Positions 12,735 through 22,457 of a stretch of 64,000 nt of DNA are shown here, one piece after another; positions within the stretch are counted from its first letter, which is position 1, and the number at the start of each line of letters is the position of its first letter. Source of the stretch: Lama glama (taxonomy: Eukaryota); assembly GCA_028534125.1 (NCBI GenBank), contig CM052821.1, positions 28,458,001 through 28,522,000 on the forward strand, in the 5' to 3' direction. The notes below the pieces were generated by a model that saw only the letters and a program-made list of their open reading frames with translations, searched no databases and was not told where the DNA came from. A program made the translations under genes and the position numbers.

Positions 12735-12816
12735 TTGGGCCCAGCACAGAAACAAGAGGATGTTTCCCCACCACGGGGCATGGAACCTGGTATTTCTTGC
12801 AGTCATGAAGAAGCCC
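12735..12816 (-). pseudogene. GPR180-like pseudo-exon E: (M)GFFMTARNTRFHAPWWGNILLFLCWAQ
   Basis: Strong acceptor CTTTGTTCTCCGGCTTCCTTGTTCAG|G completes ATG with exon D (AT+G); donor degenerate (CAA|GCAGAG). Confidence 0.68.
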
Positions 12817-13344
12817 CTGAACAAGGAAGCCGGAGAACAAAGAACACAAGGGAAGAAGCCTTCACATTTCTGTGTGGAAGGATCTCCAGTAGGAAAGGGA
12901 GAGGGAAGGTCTCTGACAAGTTTAGAAGAAGAAACTGGAATGCTTGGCTCAGCTCCCTCCTCCTCCCTCTCTTGGAGCCAGCTGGTCCCAAGAACACACG
13001 GTCTCCCTGCACCATGCTGGGGGTACCTGCAGTTTTCCAGCTCAGCCCACGTAAGTAAGTTTCATCTGGGAGCAAATCGCCAGCCAGCCCACTGTGCCTG
13101 TAGATGGCAATGTTAGCTTTGATCAGTAATAAGACTATTATTTTGATCTCAAGCAGTTTGGCACCTGCTCACTCTGTCAGGTGGTAGGTACTGCAACTGG
13201 ACAGGAAGGAGGGGAGTGATTTAGTGATTTAGTGGACTGGGGGTTTACCCAGTCAGCTCACTTAAGACACTGCAATTGTCATTCTAAGAAATAACTGGAG
13301 AAGGCTGAGTTTAGGGGGAGCGGGATGCAGTAGCGAGATCCCAC

Positions 13345-13530
13345 ATGAGCAGGTAGAGCAGGTACTTGAGTACCGTGTCCCCACATGAGCTACGATGTCA
13401 TTCGCAGCATATCTGTGGTCATAGGGCCCCGTGTGGATCCACAGGCTGATGAGGTTCCAGATGTTACCCAGGATGGCAGGGAGGAGAAACGCTATTCCAT
13501 AGGCTGCTATCAAGAACCAGGCACCGTGGT
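13345..13530 (-). pseudogene. GPR180-like pseudo-exon D (TM region): YHGAWFLIAAYGIAFLLPAILGNIWNLISLWIHTGPYDHRYAANDIVAHV/GDTVLKYLLYLL
   Basis: Strong C/G third-position bias; pyrimidine tract ending in CCAA instead of CCAG (13532-13531); 1-bp loss in the G run at 13382-13379; weak donor AT|GTGGGA, phase 2. Confidence 0.72.
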
Positions 13531-14181
13531 TTGGAGGTAAAGGAAGCAGGGGTAATGGTGTGTTATGGAACTAGCTTTAAGTTAACCAGGACAGCTGTAG
13601 CCTCCTTTGAGGGCTCTGAGGACAGAAGCAGATGCTGTGTTGTACTGAAGGGGAGAAGCATCTTCTCCTCAGGAAGTGTCCGTGGATACTCTTAAGAGGG
13701 GATGAGACTTGATGATAGTACATTCATGTCCCCTTCATCTCCACAGCAATATACCCTTCTTGAATAAATATTGTAGATACTCAAGGAACAAAAATAACTA
13801 TTAGACAATGTATGTAATGCCTCACAGCCTAAAAAGTGCCATTAAATAAACTCAATTGGTCTCTAATAATATGTTTTTACATTTGATACAACTAAGGTGT
13901 GGAGCTATTAAGAAATTCATGGGTTCAAAATCACACAGGAAGTGATGGGGTTAGGGCTAATATCCAGGTTTCCTGACCAAAAGTGAAATTCTTTCTGATA
14001 TGCTTAGCTGAATTATAATAAAAGACCACAAAAAGCAAAGAGAGAAAACGCAGAAAGGAGAGGCAAGGAAACGGCTGGGAGTGGAGGTTCTACCATTAAC
14101 CCGTCCTATCGCCTTTCTTAGGCTCAGCCTCTTCCTTCGTCAAACTGTAAACTGAGGATGTTGGACCAAAGAGTGACTCAC

Positions 14182-14265
14182 ACCCTGACATGCTGTGATG
14201 GTCCAGGATGGTCCCACCACAGTTACTCACAGCAATTCTACCTGAGAAGCCCTTGGTCACAGAAT
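14182..14265 (-). pseudogene. GPR180-like pseudo-exon C: xSVTKGFSGRIAVSNCGGTILDHHSMSG
   Basis: Two in-frame AG acceptors (exon start 14265 or 14241) and a donor GGGT|GTGAGT at 14181; phase 1-1; DHxS..SG motif that precedes TM1 in GPR180. Confidence 0.65.
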
Positions 14266-14309
14266 CTGCTCAGCAGAAGGCTGGCGGGGGTTAAATCTGC
14301 TACCTAGTG

Positions 14310-14560
14310 CAGCGGATTCAAAACTTTAATTCCAGCCCACAGGAGGAAATGCACTTTACATCTAAGCCCTTTACACACATATAAGGGATTAAAATAGGTT
14401 GCACAAAACAATAGTGGGTTTTTTTGTTTGTTTGTTTCCTATGTGTGATGTATTCTGATATATTCTATCCTGTTTTATTTGCTTAGAAACTGTTGGTTGC
14501 AGCCTACCAATTTGATTTCATGATCCATGAATGGTTTGGGAGGCACAGATTAGAAAGCTG
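14310..14560. mobile_element. hAT-Charlie (Charlie4-like) non-autonomous element
   Basis: CCCACAG.AGGAAAT.CA.TTTACATC...GTGATG.A.TCTGATAT.TTCTAT...TTGATTTCATGA.CCA. Confidence 0.5.
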
Positions 14561-14885
14561 AAAATTGAGGGGTAGTGGTGGGACAGACCAGGCAAAGATG
14601 GGATCACAGAAGCCAGATGAGGTGGACTAGGAGAACTGGCTTTATATAAAAGGAAGAGTATTCGTCTGTGTACGTATGAGTCAGTGCCCTTCTAAACATC
14701 CCCCTGCACTGCCACATTGTGTGCCATCTCACCAAGCACGTTCCCACCTCTGTCTTCCCCAAATGCAATGTTTAACAGATACTTTGAAATGTCCTAGATT
14801 TGTTTATCACTGTCTTGACTTATCAGGCAGTCAGCCAACAAGGTTTTTGAGGAGCACTCACTGTGTATGTAGCCGGGTGCTGCAC

Positions 14886-15141
14886 AGTCAGAATCCATGG
14901 GTTTCGCATCTGTAGATTCAACCAACCACGGATCGAAAATATTTGGGGGAAAAAATTGCAAAGAAAATTCCAAAAAGCAAAACTTGAATTTTCTGTGCAC
15001 CCAGTAACTATTTACATTGTACTTACATTGTACTTATAGCTACTTACATAGCATTTACATTGTTATTAGATATTATAAATAATCTAGAGATGATTTAAAA
15101 TCTATGGGAGCGTGTGCTTAGGTTATATGCAAATGCTACAC
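14886..15141. mobile_element. MER2-family (TcMar-Tigger) element, one end truncated
   Basis: GATTCAACCAACCACGGATCGAAAATATT...CATAGCATTTACATTG...AATCTAGAGATGATTTAAA...TAGGTTATATGCAAAT; the second terminal repeat is missing. Confidence 0.8.
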
Positions 15142-15268
15142 AAATGCCAGTGGACAGCTGTGGTGGGATGTGTGATATTCATGGCAAAACTGAGATGTCA
15201 CCATGGGAAGGCTGGTTCGGCTGATGGTCCATGGATAGCATCACGTTGGTGATGGTCTTGAGTCTGAG
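15141..15268 (-). pseudogene. GPR180-like pseudo-exon B: AQTQDHHQRDAIHGPSAEPAFPW*HLSFAMNITHPTTAVHWHL (3' end lost)
   Basis: Acceptor CTTTCTGAACCTGCCAG|, phase 1; one in-frame TGA at 15200-15198; NIT sequon; ends abruptly at a truncated MER2. Confidence 0.55.
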
Positions 15269-15770
15269 CTGGCAGGTTCAGAAAGTGGGCCCGCAGCTCT
15301 GTGCACAGCCATTTGGCCGTGGGCCCCACCACACAAGGCCTCGTATTAAGCTCTGACTTGGTCACCAAATGATCCTATTCATGCAGTTATAGAGACAGTC
15401 TGATGAAAGTAGAAGGTGTTCCTCACACATCTTTAAACGTACACCCTATCCTCCCACCACACTGCTTAAAGCACGCTAGGAACTAACACCTTTGTAGGTC
15501 CTTAAGTATATTGTCACTAGCACAATGAGATCACTTTGTGTTTTGTATGTTAACAATTAGAATGTAAAATGTTACAATTAAAATATACCACAAGTTTCAT
15601 ACCCTTCTTTTAGCATTTGTTCAGTTTTTTATATACTCAGAACCACAAATGGCAGTGGTCTCTGCCCTTCCCAACTTCGAGGGGCCCCACCCCAAGGAAA
15701 GACCAGATTCTTGGTGACACAATTTTCTTGAAACAGCTGCAAGTGAATCTGCTTATAACGGAGAACATTC

Positions 15771-15917
15771 CTTTCTCAAAGTGACTGAAAGGCTGGCCTT
15801 CCCTGTCCAGAGGACCCCCTGGGTAACTAGGGTACCAAATGAACATTTGAGAATTTGTTGCTTGGTGGTCAGCGATACAAGCGCATGACGTGAAATTCTT
15901 ATCATGGAGGGCCCTCT
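15771..15917 (-). pseudogene. GPR180-like pseudo-exon A (lumenal domain): xRALHDKNFTSCACIADHQATNSQMFIWYPSYPGGPLDREGQPFSHFEK
   Basis: Acceptor GGTTTCCAG| with AG at 15919-15918, phase 1; open frame; NFT sequon; donor appears mutated (AAG|GAATGT for GTATGT). Confidence 0.55.
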
Positions 15918-16304
15918 CTGGAAACCAAGCACCCATTCCCCACACACATTGTCCCCCACCCTACACTCTGCTGGACAGTCAGGCTAACGTTGGTCTTTCT
16001 CTTTGTGCTCCATTGCTGACCACACTCTGTTCTGTCAAAACATTCTTTCTTTAGACATTAAACTCCAGAGATATAGCTGTTCCAGGGGACTGGAAGAATG
16101 CTCCCCCCCACCCCGTTACATGTCATTTAACCTTTTTTGTTTAATTTTCTCAGGGAAAACTTACTTCCAAGCCCCAGGTTGATCCTCCCCATAGGATCTA
16201 CACACTCCCAATGTGCATGGTATAAAACAGACACTGTTCCTGATGCTTAGGGATTACCAAATTAAAATGGTACATTTAACCAAGAAATCTGTCTTGCACC
16301 ACCA

Positions 16305-17866
16305 GAACACTACTAGAAAGCAACAGAGAATTTGGTGAAGTTGCAGGGTATAAAATTAATACACAGAAATCTGCTGCATCTCTATACACTAACAATGAAA
16401 TATCAGAGAGAGAAATTAAGGAAGCAATTCCATTTACCATTGCATCAAAAAGAATAAAATACCTAGAAATAAACCTACCTAAGGAGGCAAAAGACCTGTA
16501 TTCTGAAAACTATACAATGCTGATGAAAGAAGGCACAAACAGATGGNNNNNNNNNNNNNNNNNNNNNNNNNNNNNNNNNNNNNNNNNNNNNNNNNNNNNN
16601 NNNNNNNNNNNNNNNNNNNNNNNNNNNNNNNNNNNNNNNNNNNNNNNNNNNNNNNNNNNNNNNNNNNNNNNNNNNNNNNNNNNNNNATTTGTATAGAAAT
16701 ATAAAAGATCCTGAATAGCCAAAACAATCTTGAGGAAGAAGAATGGAGCTGGAGGTATCATGCGCNNNNNNNNNNNNNNNNNNNNNNNNNNNNNNNNNNN
16801 NNNNNNNNNNNNNNNNNNNNNNNNNNNNNNNNNNNNNNNNNNNNNNNNNNNNNNNNNNNNNNNNNNNNNNNNNNNNNNNNNNNNNNNNNNNNNNNNNNNN
16901 NNNNNNGGAGGTAAGAATATACAATGGAGAAATGACAGTCTCTTCAATAAGTGGTGCTGGGAAAACTGGACAGCTACCTGTAAGAGAATGAAATTAGAAC
17001 ATTCTCTAACACCATATACAAAAATAAACTCAAAATGGATTAAAGACCTAAATATAAGACTGAATACTATAAAACTCCTAGAGGAAAACATAAGCAGAAT
17101 ATTCTTTGACATAAATCACAGCAATATTTTTTTGGATCTGTCTCCTAGAGTAATGGAAATAAAAATAAAAATAAACAAATGGGACCTAATTAAACTTAAG
17201 AGCTTTTGCACAGCAAAGGAAACCATAAACGTAATGAAAAGACAACCTACAGAATACAAGAAAATATTTGCAAACAATGTGACCAACAAGGGATTAATTT
17301 CCAAATATACAAGCAGCTCACACAGCTCAATCTCAAAAACAAAAGCGACAATCCAATCAAAAAATGGGCAGAAGATCTAAATAGACATTTCTCCANNNNN
17401 NNNNNNNNNNNNNNNNNNNNNNNNNNNNNNNNNNNNNNNNNNNNNNNNNNNNNNNNNNNNNNNNNNNNNNNNNNNNNNNNNNNNNNNNNNNNNNNNNNNN
17501 NNNNNNNNNNNNNNNNNNNNNNNNNNNNNNNNNNNNNATGCTGGAGAGGGTGTGGAGAAAAAGAAACCCTCCTACATGGAGGCATGGAGGTTCCTTACAA
17601 AACTAAAAATAGACTTACCATATGATCCAGCATCCCATTCTTGGGCATATATCTGGAGAAAACTCAATTTGTAAAGATACATGCACCCCAATGTTCATAG
17701 CAGCACTATTTACAACAGCCAAGACGTGGAAGCAACCTAAGTGCCCATCGACAGATGACTGGACAAAGAAGATGAGGTGTATATATACCATGGAATACTA
17801 TTCAACCATAAAAAGGAATGAAATAATGCCATTTGCAGCAACATGGATGGACCTAGAGATTGTCAT
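16305..17866 (+). mobile_element. LINE-1 ORF2 3' half, truncated at both ends, disrupted
   Basis: Translation KKNGAGGI...[40 protein letters not shown]...[16 protein letters not shown] and CTPMFIAALFTTAKTWKQPKCPS...EIMPFAATWMDLE is L1 ORF2p; frameshifts and small deletions; no 3' UTR or poly(A). Confidence 0.97.
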
Positions 17867-17889
17867 TTCACTCTTCAAAATGCAATGAT

Positions 17890-17987
17890 GTGGGGGTGGG
17901 TGTAGCTCAGTGGTAGAGTGCATGCTTAGCATGCATGAGGTCCTGGGTTCAATCTCCAGTACCTCCACTGAAAAAAAAATTGTTTTT
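17890..17987 (+). mobile_element. tRNA-Ala-derived SINE (camelid Vic-1 type)
   Basis: A box TAGCTCAGTGG, B box GGTTCAATC, A tail, perfect 11-bp TSD AATGCAATGAT (17879-17889 / 17988-17998). Confidence 0.9.
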
Positions 17988-18059
17988 AATGCAATGATAA
18001 TCAGAAAACTTAATTAGCACAGGGTGGGTCAACCATCTTAGTAAGGCCATGTGCTACAT

Positions 18060-18250
18060 GGGAAGGTCTCCCACAATGGAATCAGGTGGTCCTAGGTTCA
18101 AGTTCAGTTCTGTGACCTCGGGCAAGTTCCTCTATCCCTTCCAGTCTCCATTTCCTTGTTCATCAAATGGGCATAATAAGATCTACTTTGAAGTGCTGAA
18201 AGGATTAGAGCTAAAATATACAAAGAATTACACATATAGTTAGCATTTAA
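18060..18250 (+). mobile_element. MIR SINE
   Basis: Core TGTGACCT.GGGCAAGTT...CATTTCCT...AAATGGG.ATAATA. Confidence 0.7.
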
Positions 18251-18289
18251 TAAACCATCCTCTGAATTTCACTCTGAACCCTCAACATC

Positions 18290-18816
18290 CATTTTCTATC
18301 AAAACAGCCAGGTTGACTCCTAAAACTGTAAATTATGTCATATCACTTCATACCCTCCCTGTGCCCACTCAGATACATAGATTCCTACTGTGTACTGTGG
18401 CCCATGAGCCCTGCACAATCTGGTCTCTGCCGCTCTCCCTGCTGTCTCCCTCCTCTTCCCTTCCTCCTCCCTCCAAGAGACCACATGCCTCCTCTCTGCT
18501 TTCTCAAATAAGATTTGAGTTTTTCCCCACCTCAGGGCCTTTGCTCTCTGCATTTTCTGAAGAGTGACTGGTTTTTTACCAATCAAATATCAGCTCAAAT
18601 GCACATTGTCAAAGGACTTTCCTGGCCATTCATCTCCCAGTTCCTCTATCACATTTTCTTGTTTACTATTTATAACACCAGCCTCTAATTCTCTTTTCTG
18701 TTTCCTTGTGTATTGTCTGCCCTACCTCCCTCAAGAATGTAAATTCCCCAGAGATGGATTCCTTGTCTCTCTTATTCACTGAGTCCCCAAAACTGAGGCA
18801 GTACCTGGCATATAAT
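18290..18816 (+). mobile_element. L2 (L2a-like) 3' region
   Basis: GCCCTGCACAATCTGG...CCTCAGGGCCTTTGC...CAGCTCAAATG...AGAATGTAAA.TCCC...TTCACTG...CAGTACCTGGCATATA. Confidence 0.75.
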
Positions 18817-19342
18817 NNNNNNNNNNNNNNNNNNNNNNNNNNNNNNNNNNNNNNNNNNNNNNNNNNNNNNNNNNNNNNNNNNNNNNNNNNNNNNNNNNNN
18901 NNNNNNNNNNNNNNNNACATGGATGCTCCTGGAGAATGTCATTCTAAGTGAAGTAAGCCAGAAAGAGAAAGAAAAATAACATATGAGATCGCTCATATGT
19001 GGAATCTAAAAAACAAAAACAAACAAACAAAAACAAAGCATAAATACAGGACAGAAATAGACTCACAGACAGAGAATACAGACTTGTGGTTACCAAGGGG
19101 GTGGAGGGTGGGAAGGGATAGACTGGGATTTCAAAATTGTAGAATAGATAAACAAGATTACATTGTATAGCACAGGGAAATACACACAAAATGTTATGAT
19201 AACTCACAGAGAAAAAATGTGACAATCAGTGTGTATATGTCCATGAATGACTGAAAAATTGTGCTGAACACTGGAATTTGACACAACATTGTAAAATGAT
19301 TATAAATCAATAAAAAATGTTAAAAAAATTTAAAAAAAAAAA
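18817..19342 (+). mobile_element. Young 5'-truncated lineage-specific L1 3' end with poly(A)
   Basis: ACATGGATG...CATTCTAAGTGAAGTAAGCCAGAAAGAGAAAG...GTATAGCACAGGGAA...CAACATTGTAAA...AATAAAAAA plus A tail; 5' junction masked. Confidence 0.9.
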
Positions 19343-20069
19343 GAGTTCTTGATTTGAAGCTAAGAGGTCTGAATTCTAGGCCTAACTTTACTACTGCTCT
19401 TCCTTAACTTCTCAGGTCTTTGTTTCTTCATCTATATAAGAGAAAAAAAGGCTGAACTAACTAGGCCTTGAAAGTTCCCCCAGTTCTGAAGTTCCATGCC
19501 TTCGGGACAGGGTCAATTCTGGGAGACACAGAGCATGTGCATGAGATGCTAAAGGAAAACTGGTGAGAAGGATGTGGGTGAGCCCCTCCCTGTGTGGACC
19601 ACTCCGATCCTGTGACTGAGCCACTCCATGTCCAGGCCAGACAAGCCCTCACCACACTGTTTCCCAGGCAGTGTCTGGGCACAGCAGGGGCTCACAAGGT
19701 ATTGGCTGAATGAAGGAATGTCCTCTGGAACCACAGAGAGGGGGAACTGACAACTCAATGACTCAGAAGAAAGCGCCACTGAGTCACCAAGCCACTTCCT
19801 GTCTTGCTCAGTGTCCTCCAAGCCAAGTCCTAACAGGGTGGGAAGGTGGCAAAGAGCTTAAGCTCTAGCGGGTCCACATGCAATGAAATCGCAAAGGGAA
19901 GGCCTTCCGGTTCAGGGGTTGGGGGAGGAGTGCAGGAGATGAAACAGTCACTTAACCTTTGTTTGAGTTCTCTGCAGCCAACCCTAACATCCAGCTAAAA
20001 GATCAAACAGCCTGATACCTTTTCTAGAGCAATAAAATCGGTCTCTAGAATGTCAGCTATGAAAGGGGC

Positions 20070-20602
20070 TGTATCATCTATCTGGCCCTGGGTAACAAAC
20101 CACCACTTAGCTGGCTAAAGCAACAACCGTTACGTTTGCTCACAATTCTGTGGATCAACAAGTTGCGCTGGGCTCAGCGCAGTGGTTCCTCTCCTGGTCT
20201 TGTCTGGAGGGGCTCACTGACTGTTCATCTGGCAACTTGACTGGGTTGGATGGTCCAAGATGACTTCTTTCACATGTCTGGTGGTTGGTGCTGGCTGCTG
20301 GCTGCTCCCCTCTCTTCTCATGAGCTTTCCTCCTCAAGGAGGATGGCCTAGGCTTGGTCACATGGCCGCAGCATCATTCCAAGAGTGACAGCAGAAGCTG
20401 CAAGACCTTTCATCCTTAGACTCAAACAGAATGTCATCTGTGCTGCATTTGTGAGTCAAAGCAAGTCACAGGACGAGGCCAGAGTCAAGGGGAGAGGAAA
20501 TAGATTCTACCTCTTTGATAGGAGAAAAAGCAAAGATAGGTTGCAAAGGAGGCAGACAGGCAGGGATGGGAGAAATTGTGGCCATCTTTGTCGACAATCT
20601 AC
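20070..20602 (-). mobile_element. MLT1 (G/H-like) LTR
   Basis: GTAACAAACCACC...TTGCTCACAATTCTGTGG.TCA...GATGGTCCAAGATG...GTCAAAGCAAGTCACAG...ATAGA.TCTACCTCTT. Confidence 0.8.
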
Positions 20603-22457
20603 TTCAGAGGCATTGAGGCACATGCAGATCTCTCATTAAACTAACAAGAAGACTCAGACACACCCAGGCTTTGTGCCTTGTCAAGTTCAGAGTTATTGGC
20701 ACACCCGGAATGGGAACCCAGGTCTCCTGCGGCTCAGTGCAACATTTCCATACTTCAAGATCTCTCCCACCAGTGGCTGCTATCTTCTTTATCCAAATCT
20801 AGTAACAAAGCTGGCCTTGGGAGCCACCCCACTTCTCAGATTTCCTCACTTGGATTAGCAGACGGATACAATCACAGGTTTAGGGACTGAGCACCAAAGG
20901 CTGGCTGCAGCTGCCTTCATTCTGTGAATCTCCTTAATAGGAAAGGGGACTCTACTCCATCTTCTGGTCTCTTGGGAGCTTGCCAGGCTCCCAGGCCATA
21001 GTCTGATTTGACAGCAAAATCTCATTTCACTGGGTTCTGCTACAGCCATTTAATAAAAGAATGCTTTGTAGTTGTGGTAGTTTTTAAGGCAGTACGTCCC
21101 TCGAATGTCTTGGGAGAGTAGTAAACCAATCTGTCAGACACACTACAGCTATCAAGAATTAGTTCACCAGAATAGCTTCTGAAAGTGAAGGGTAGAATGA
21201 ATAATAATAATCCCTTAATATGTGTTGAGATTTAACTACCACTGCACAGGCACTGGGCTCAGCACTGACGTGTATTGGCTCATTTAATTCTCGGAACTCC
21301 CATGTGACATAGGTATCATTGCTATCTCCATTCCCAAAGCTGGTCTCTCAAATGTCACCTTTGAGTCCAATTGCCAGATCCAAGGTCTTATTTGCAACCT
21401 TTAACCTTTTCAACTCTGCATGGTTTGAGAATACTTATTCATTCATTCATTCCTGCATTCATTCTGTTAGCAGATAAGACCTGGTCCAGGATTAGGCGAT
21501 ACAGCAATAAACAAGTGAGTCAGAAACATTTCTTACTCTCACAGCCCTTCCTGGCCAGTGGGACGGACAGGCGCTGAACAAGTAGCAGCCCGCAGCATAG
21601 ATGTTACGAAGAGGGAGCCGGAGAAGGACGCTTGGTTTCTAGGATCTGCATCTCCCCAGATTCTAGTTCCTATTTCTCTGACCACTCCTTTGCTGATTTC
21701 TAGGGTTTGGGACTTGCCTCCTCCCCTCCTGGCTTCATGTGTTCTACCTGGGAGCTCTCCTAAAAACTCCGTAGCTCCAACAGCTGCTGAGGATTCCCAA
21801 ACCAGCCCCCAGTCAGGTCACCCGTCCAGCTCCCTACAGGGTGTCGTCATCAACACATCCAGAATCGTGCCTCCACTATTCATAACCCCTCACTGACATT
21901 TTCGGTTTTACCTTTATCCACCCCAGCCTTTTCAGCACAGCTCACAGCTGGTTCTGCCTGACAGCCTGCCCCGCCCTCTCCAGGTAGAGCTGGTTAGGTC
22001 ACTTCCTCCTCTAAACTCTCCACATATCCCCTCTGGCTACTCCCACACTTATCACCTTACAGGATAATTTGCTTTGTCTGTGTCTGTCTCCTCTGCCAGA
22101 CTGTACCTTCACTGAAGGCAGGGTCCCTTGCTGGTTCATCTCTACATGCCCTATGTTTTGCCCAGCAGTAAATGACCAAATGCCATTTCTTGAACTGCTG
22201 AACTCAATTTGGGTGTAGGAAAACTTTTCCAGTTCCCCAGTTGAAGGCAGGGCTTTCTAACAAGACTGTAACACTGCCTTTAGTGTTTCTATTAGTGTTA
22301 GCTGAGTGTGCCTGTCTCAGTCACGAGATCCCAGGCAAGCAACCTCTTTGCACATTTGGTCTTTTTTCCGCCAACACCCTACGGTACCCGTCATTTAATG
22401 AAAACATTTGTGGTCCAGGGTCATTCCACTCTCTTGGTCCACCCTTGGTCAAAGTTT

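Larger units (their letters stand above)
12398..15917 (-). pseudogene. Decayed multi-exon GPR180/TMEM145-family (GOST: GOLD-domain seven-transmembrane) paralogue, candidate unitary pseudogene
   Basis: Seven segments (15917-15771, 15268-15141, 14265-14182, 13530-13345, 12816-12735, 12651-12536, 12467-12398); every junction that can be tested is phase-compatible (the donor of the second segment is lost). The translation carries ordered motifs matching human GPR180 as recalled: ERAL/DHAL, FEK-AQ/SEKLSKAQ, HWHL/TWHV, DHHSMSGYH/DHFSAGESGLH, WIHTGPY/YIHFSSY, LLYLLMGF/MLYLLLSLCMGW, WAQ/MTQ, LQSISF/CQSVSM. Contains stops, a frameshift and mutated splice sites. Confidence 0.7.

Noticed and set aside
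12398-15917. Calling the fossil gene GPR180 itself or a processed GPR180 pseudogene
   Set aside because: Similarity is limited to motifs and introns are present; a mammalian orthologue or retrocopy would be far more similar. No gene symbol assigned.
16730-17888. Functional reverse transcriptase/ORF2 CDS
   Set aside because: Truncated, frameshifted L1 fragment.
17896-17967. tRNA-Ala(AGC) gene
   Set aside because: A tail, TSD, CpG-decay substitutions and a second diverged copy show it is a SINE.
17840-18950. The two L1 pieces as one element split by an insertion
   Set aside because: They overlap in consensus position and differ there (ACATGGATGGACCTAGAGATTGTCAT vs ACATGGATGCTCCTGGAGAATGTCAT), and the DNA between them is older MIR/L2; they are independent insertions.
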